A stretch of 24,000 bases of DNA from Aeromonas sobria (lineage in GTDB: Bacteria > Pseudomonadota > Gammaproteobacteria > Enterobacterales > Aeromonadaceae): NCBI RefSeq assembly GCF_006243315.1, contig NZ_NKWE01000017.1, forward strand, positions 91,665-115,664, read 5' to 3'. The notes beneath the pieces are model-generated. The model was not told the origin of the DNA. It ran no database searches and worked only from the letters and a program-made list of their open reading frames with translations. Within the stretch, counting starts at the first letter, position 1, and every line of letters starts with the position of its first letter. This document shows positions 23,418 through 24,000 of this stretch, in pieces. A program made the translations under genes and the position numbers.

Positions 23418-23456
23418 AAAAAATCCGAAACCAACTCACGTGGTTTCGGATTTTTT
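23418..23456. terminator. Rho-independent (bidirectional) terminator downstream of fabB
   Basis: AAAAAA, then TCCGAAACCA (23424-23433), loop ACTCACG, TGGTTTCGGA (23441-23450), then TTTTTT. It is symmetric, with A and T runs on either side. Confidence 0.85.
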
Positions 23457-23533
23457 CAGATCTGGAGGACCAATCAAAAGATCCCAAGCTGTTGGTGATT
23501 ACGCCCTGAGGCGCTTTTTATATCACCCGGATA

Positions 23534-24000
23534 TCAGCCTTTGAACTTACTGAACACCAGAGAGGCGTTGGTACCGCCAAAGCCAAAGCTGTTGGACATG
23601 ATGGTATTGAGCTCGGCCTCTTCGTACTCGCGTACGATGGGCAGGCCTTCAGCCTTCTCGTCCAGGGTCTCGATGTTGATGCTGGGGGCAATAAAGCCGT
23701 GTTCCATCATCAGCAGGGAGTAGACAGCCTCATGCACGCCCGCGGCGCCCAGCGCATGGCCGGTCATCGCCTTGGTGGCGGAGATCTTGGGACCCTTGGT
23801 GCCAAACAGTGTCTGGATAGCTTCCAGCTCTTTGGTATCACCAACCGGAGTGGAGGTGCCGTGGGTGTTGATGTAATCAACCGTGCCAACACCTTGCATC
23901 GCCATCTTCATGCAACGCACCGCGCCTTCACCGCTCGGGGCAACCATGTCGTAGCCATCGGAGGTGGCACCGTAACCGGTCAGTTCGGCATAGATATGAG
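23534..24000 (-). CDS. fabB: 3-oxoacyl-ACP synthase I, C-terminal part (5' end outside window)
   Basis: [65 protein letters not shown] and [14 protein letters not shown] match E. coli FabB almost residue for residue as recalled. The frame stays open to the window edge. Confidence 0.95.
   Translation of the reverse strand, partial: HIYAELTGYGATSDGYDMVAPSGEGAVRCMKMAMQGVGTVDYINTHGTSTPVGDTKELEAIQTLFGTKGPKISATKAMTGHALGAAGVHEAVYSLLMMEHGFIAPSINIETLDEKAEGLPIVREYEEAELNTIMSNSFGFGGTNASLVFSKFKG

Larger units (their letters stand above)
11110..23420. other. Accessory (probably horizontally acquired) mosaic segment between core genes sbcB and fabB
   Basis: There is an abrupt compositional change. A hand count of one 60-nt line in the yhf cluster (12301-12360) gives 22/60 G+C, against 40/60 for a core line (2281-2340). 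Gene content is accessory and has three compositionally distinct modules. I could find no integrase, transposase, tRNA or flanking direct repeats. Confidence 0.55.

Noticed and set aside
23290-23487. 65-aa minus-strand ORF in the fabB-downstream intergenic region
   Set aside because: It spans the fabB terminator hairpin. Its Pro/Leu/Ser-rich translation simply mirrors the pyrimidine-rich strand of the G-tract region, and it has no SD.
11022-23533. Searched for integrase, transposase, IS ends, tRNA/tmRNA, CRISPR arrays, retron-type reverse transcriptase and flanking direct repeats of the accessory segment
   Set aside because: None were found by eye. The only similarity between the two junctions is a trivial GGGCGG-AG word. 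No regularly spaced repeats compatible with CRISPR occur anywhere in the window.

Overview
The window looks like chromosomal DNA from a high-GC gammaproteobacterium. Gene content and composition suggest Aeromonas, but that is inference only. All homology calls come from reading the supplied translations and recalling E. coli and other orthologues; no search was run.

The left 11 kb is ordinary core genome:
- the 3' end of an RTX/T1SS-secreted repeat protein
- an FeS-type cryptochrome/(6-4) photolyase, translationally coupled to a 54-aa DUF2256 zinc-finger gene that is absent from the ORF track
- tryptophanase, preceded by an unlisted TnaC-like leader peptide
- cdd
- yohJ and yohK (LrgA/LrgB family)
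- a GH36 alpha-galactosidase-like gene
- a small putative outer-membrane protein
- sbcB

Between sbcB (start at 11021) and the fabB terminator (about 23420) lies a roughly 12.4 kb accessory segment. It carries no integrase, transposase or tRNA, and it has three modules:
1. An AT-rich seven-gene yhfZ-yhfY-php-yhfU-yhfT-yhfX-yhfW cluster. This is the E. coli yhf/php cluster of unresolved function, here rearranged and lacking yhfS.
2. A secreted multidomain protein of about 728 aa with an SLT/lysozyme-like N-terminal domain and a CBM5/12 chitin-binding C-terminus.
3. A compact candidate defence/toxin island. A WYL-domain regulator is divergent from a two-gene operon (a DUF4258-like small protein plus a 212-aa orphan). 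Beside it sit a convergent HEPN (Rx4H) protein and an upstream zinc-ribbon gene.

Module 3 is the best candidate for an undescribed system. Several long ORFs in the track are antisense shadows of real genes in GC-rich DNA and were rejected.
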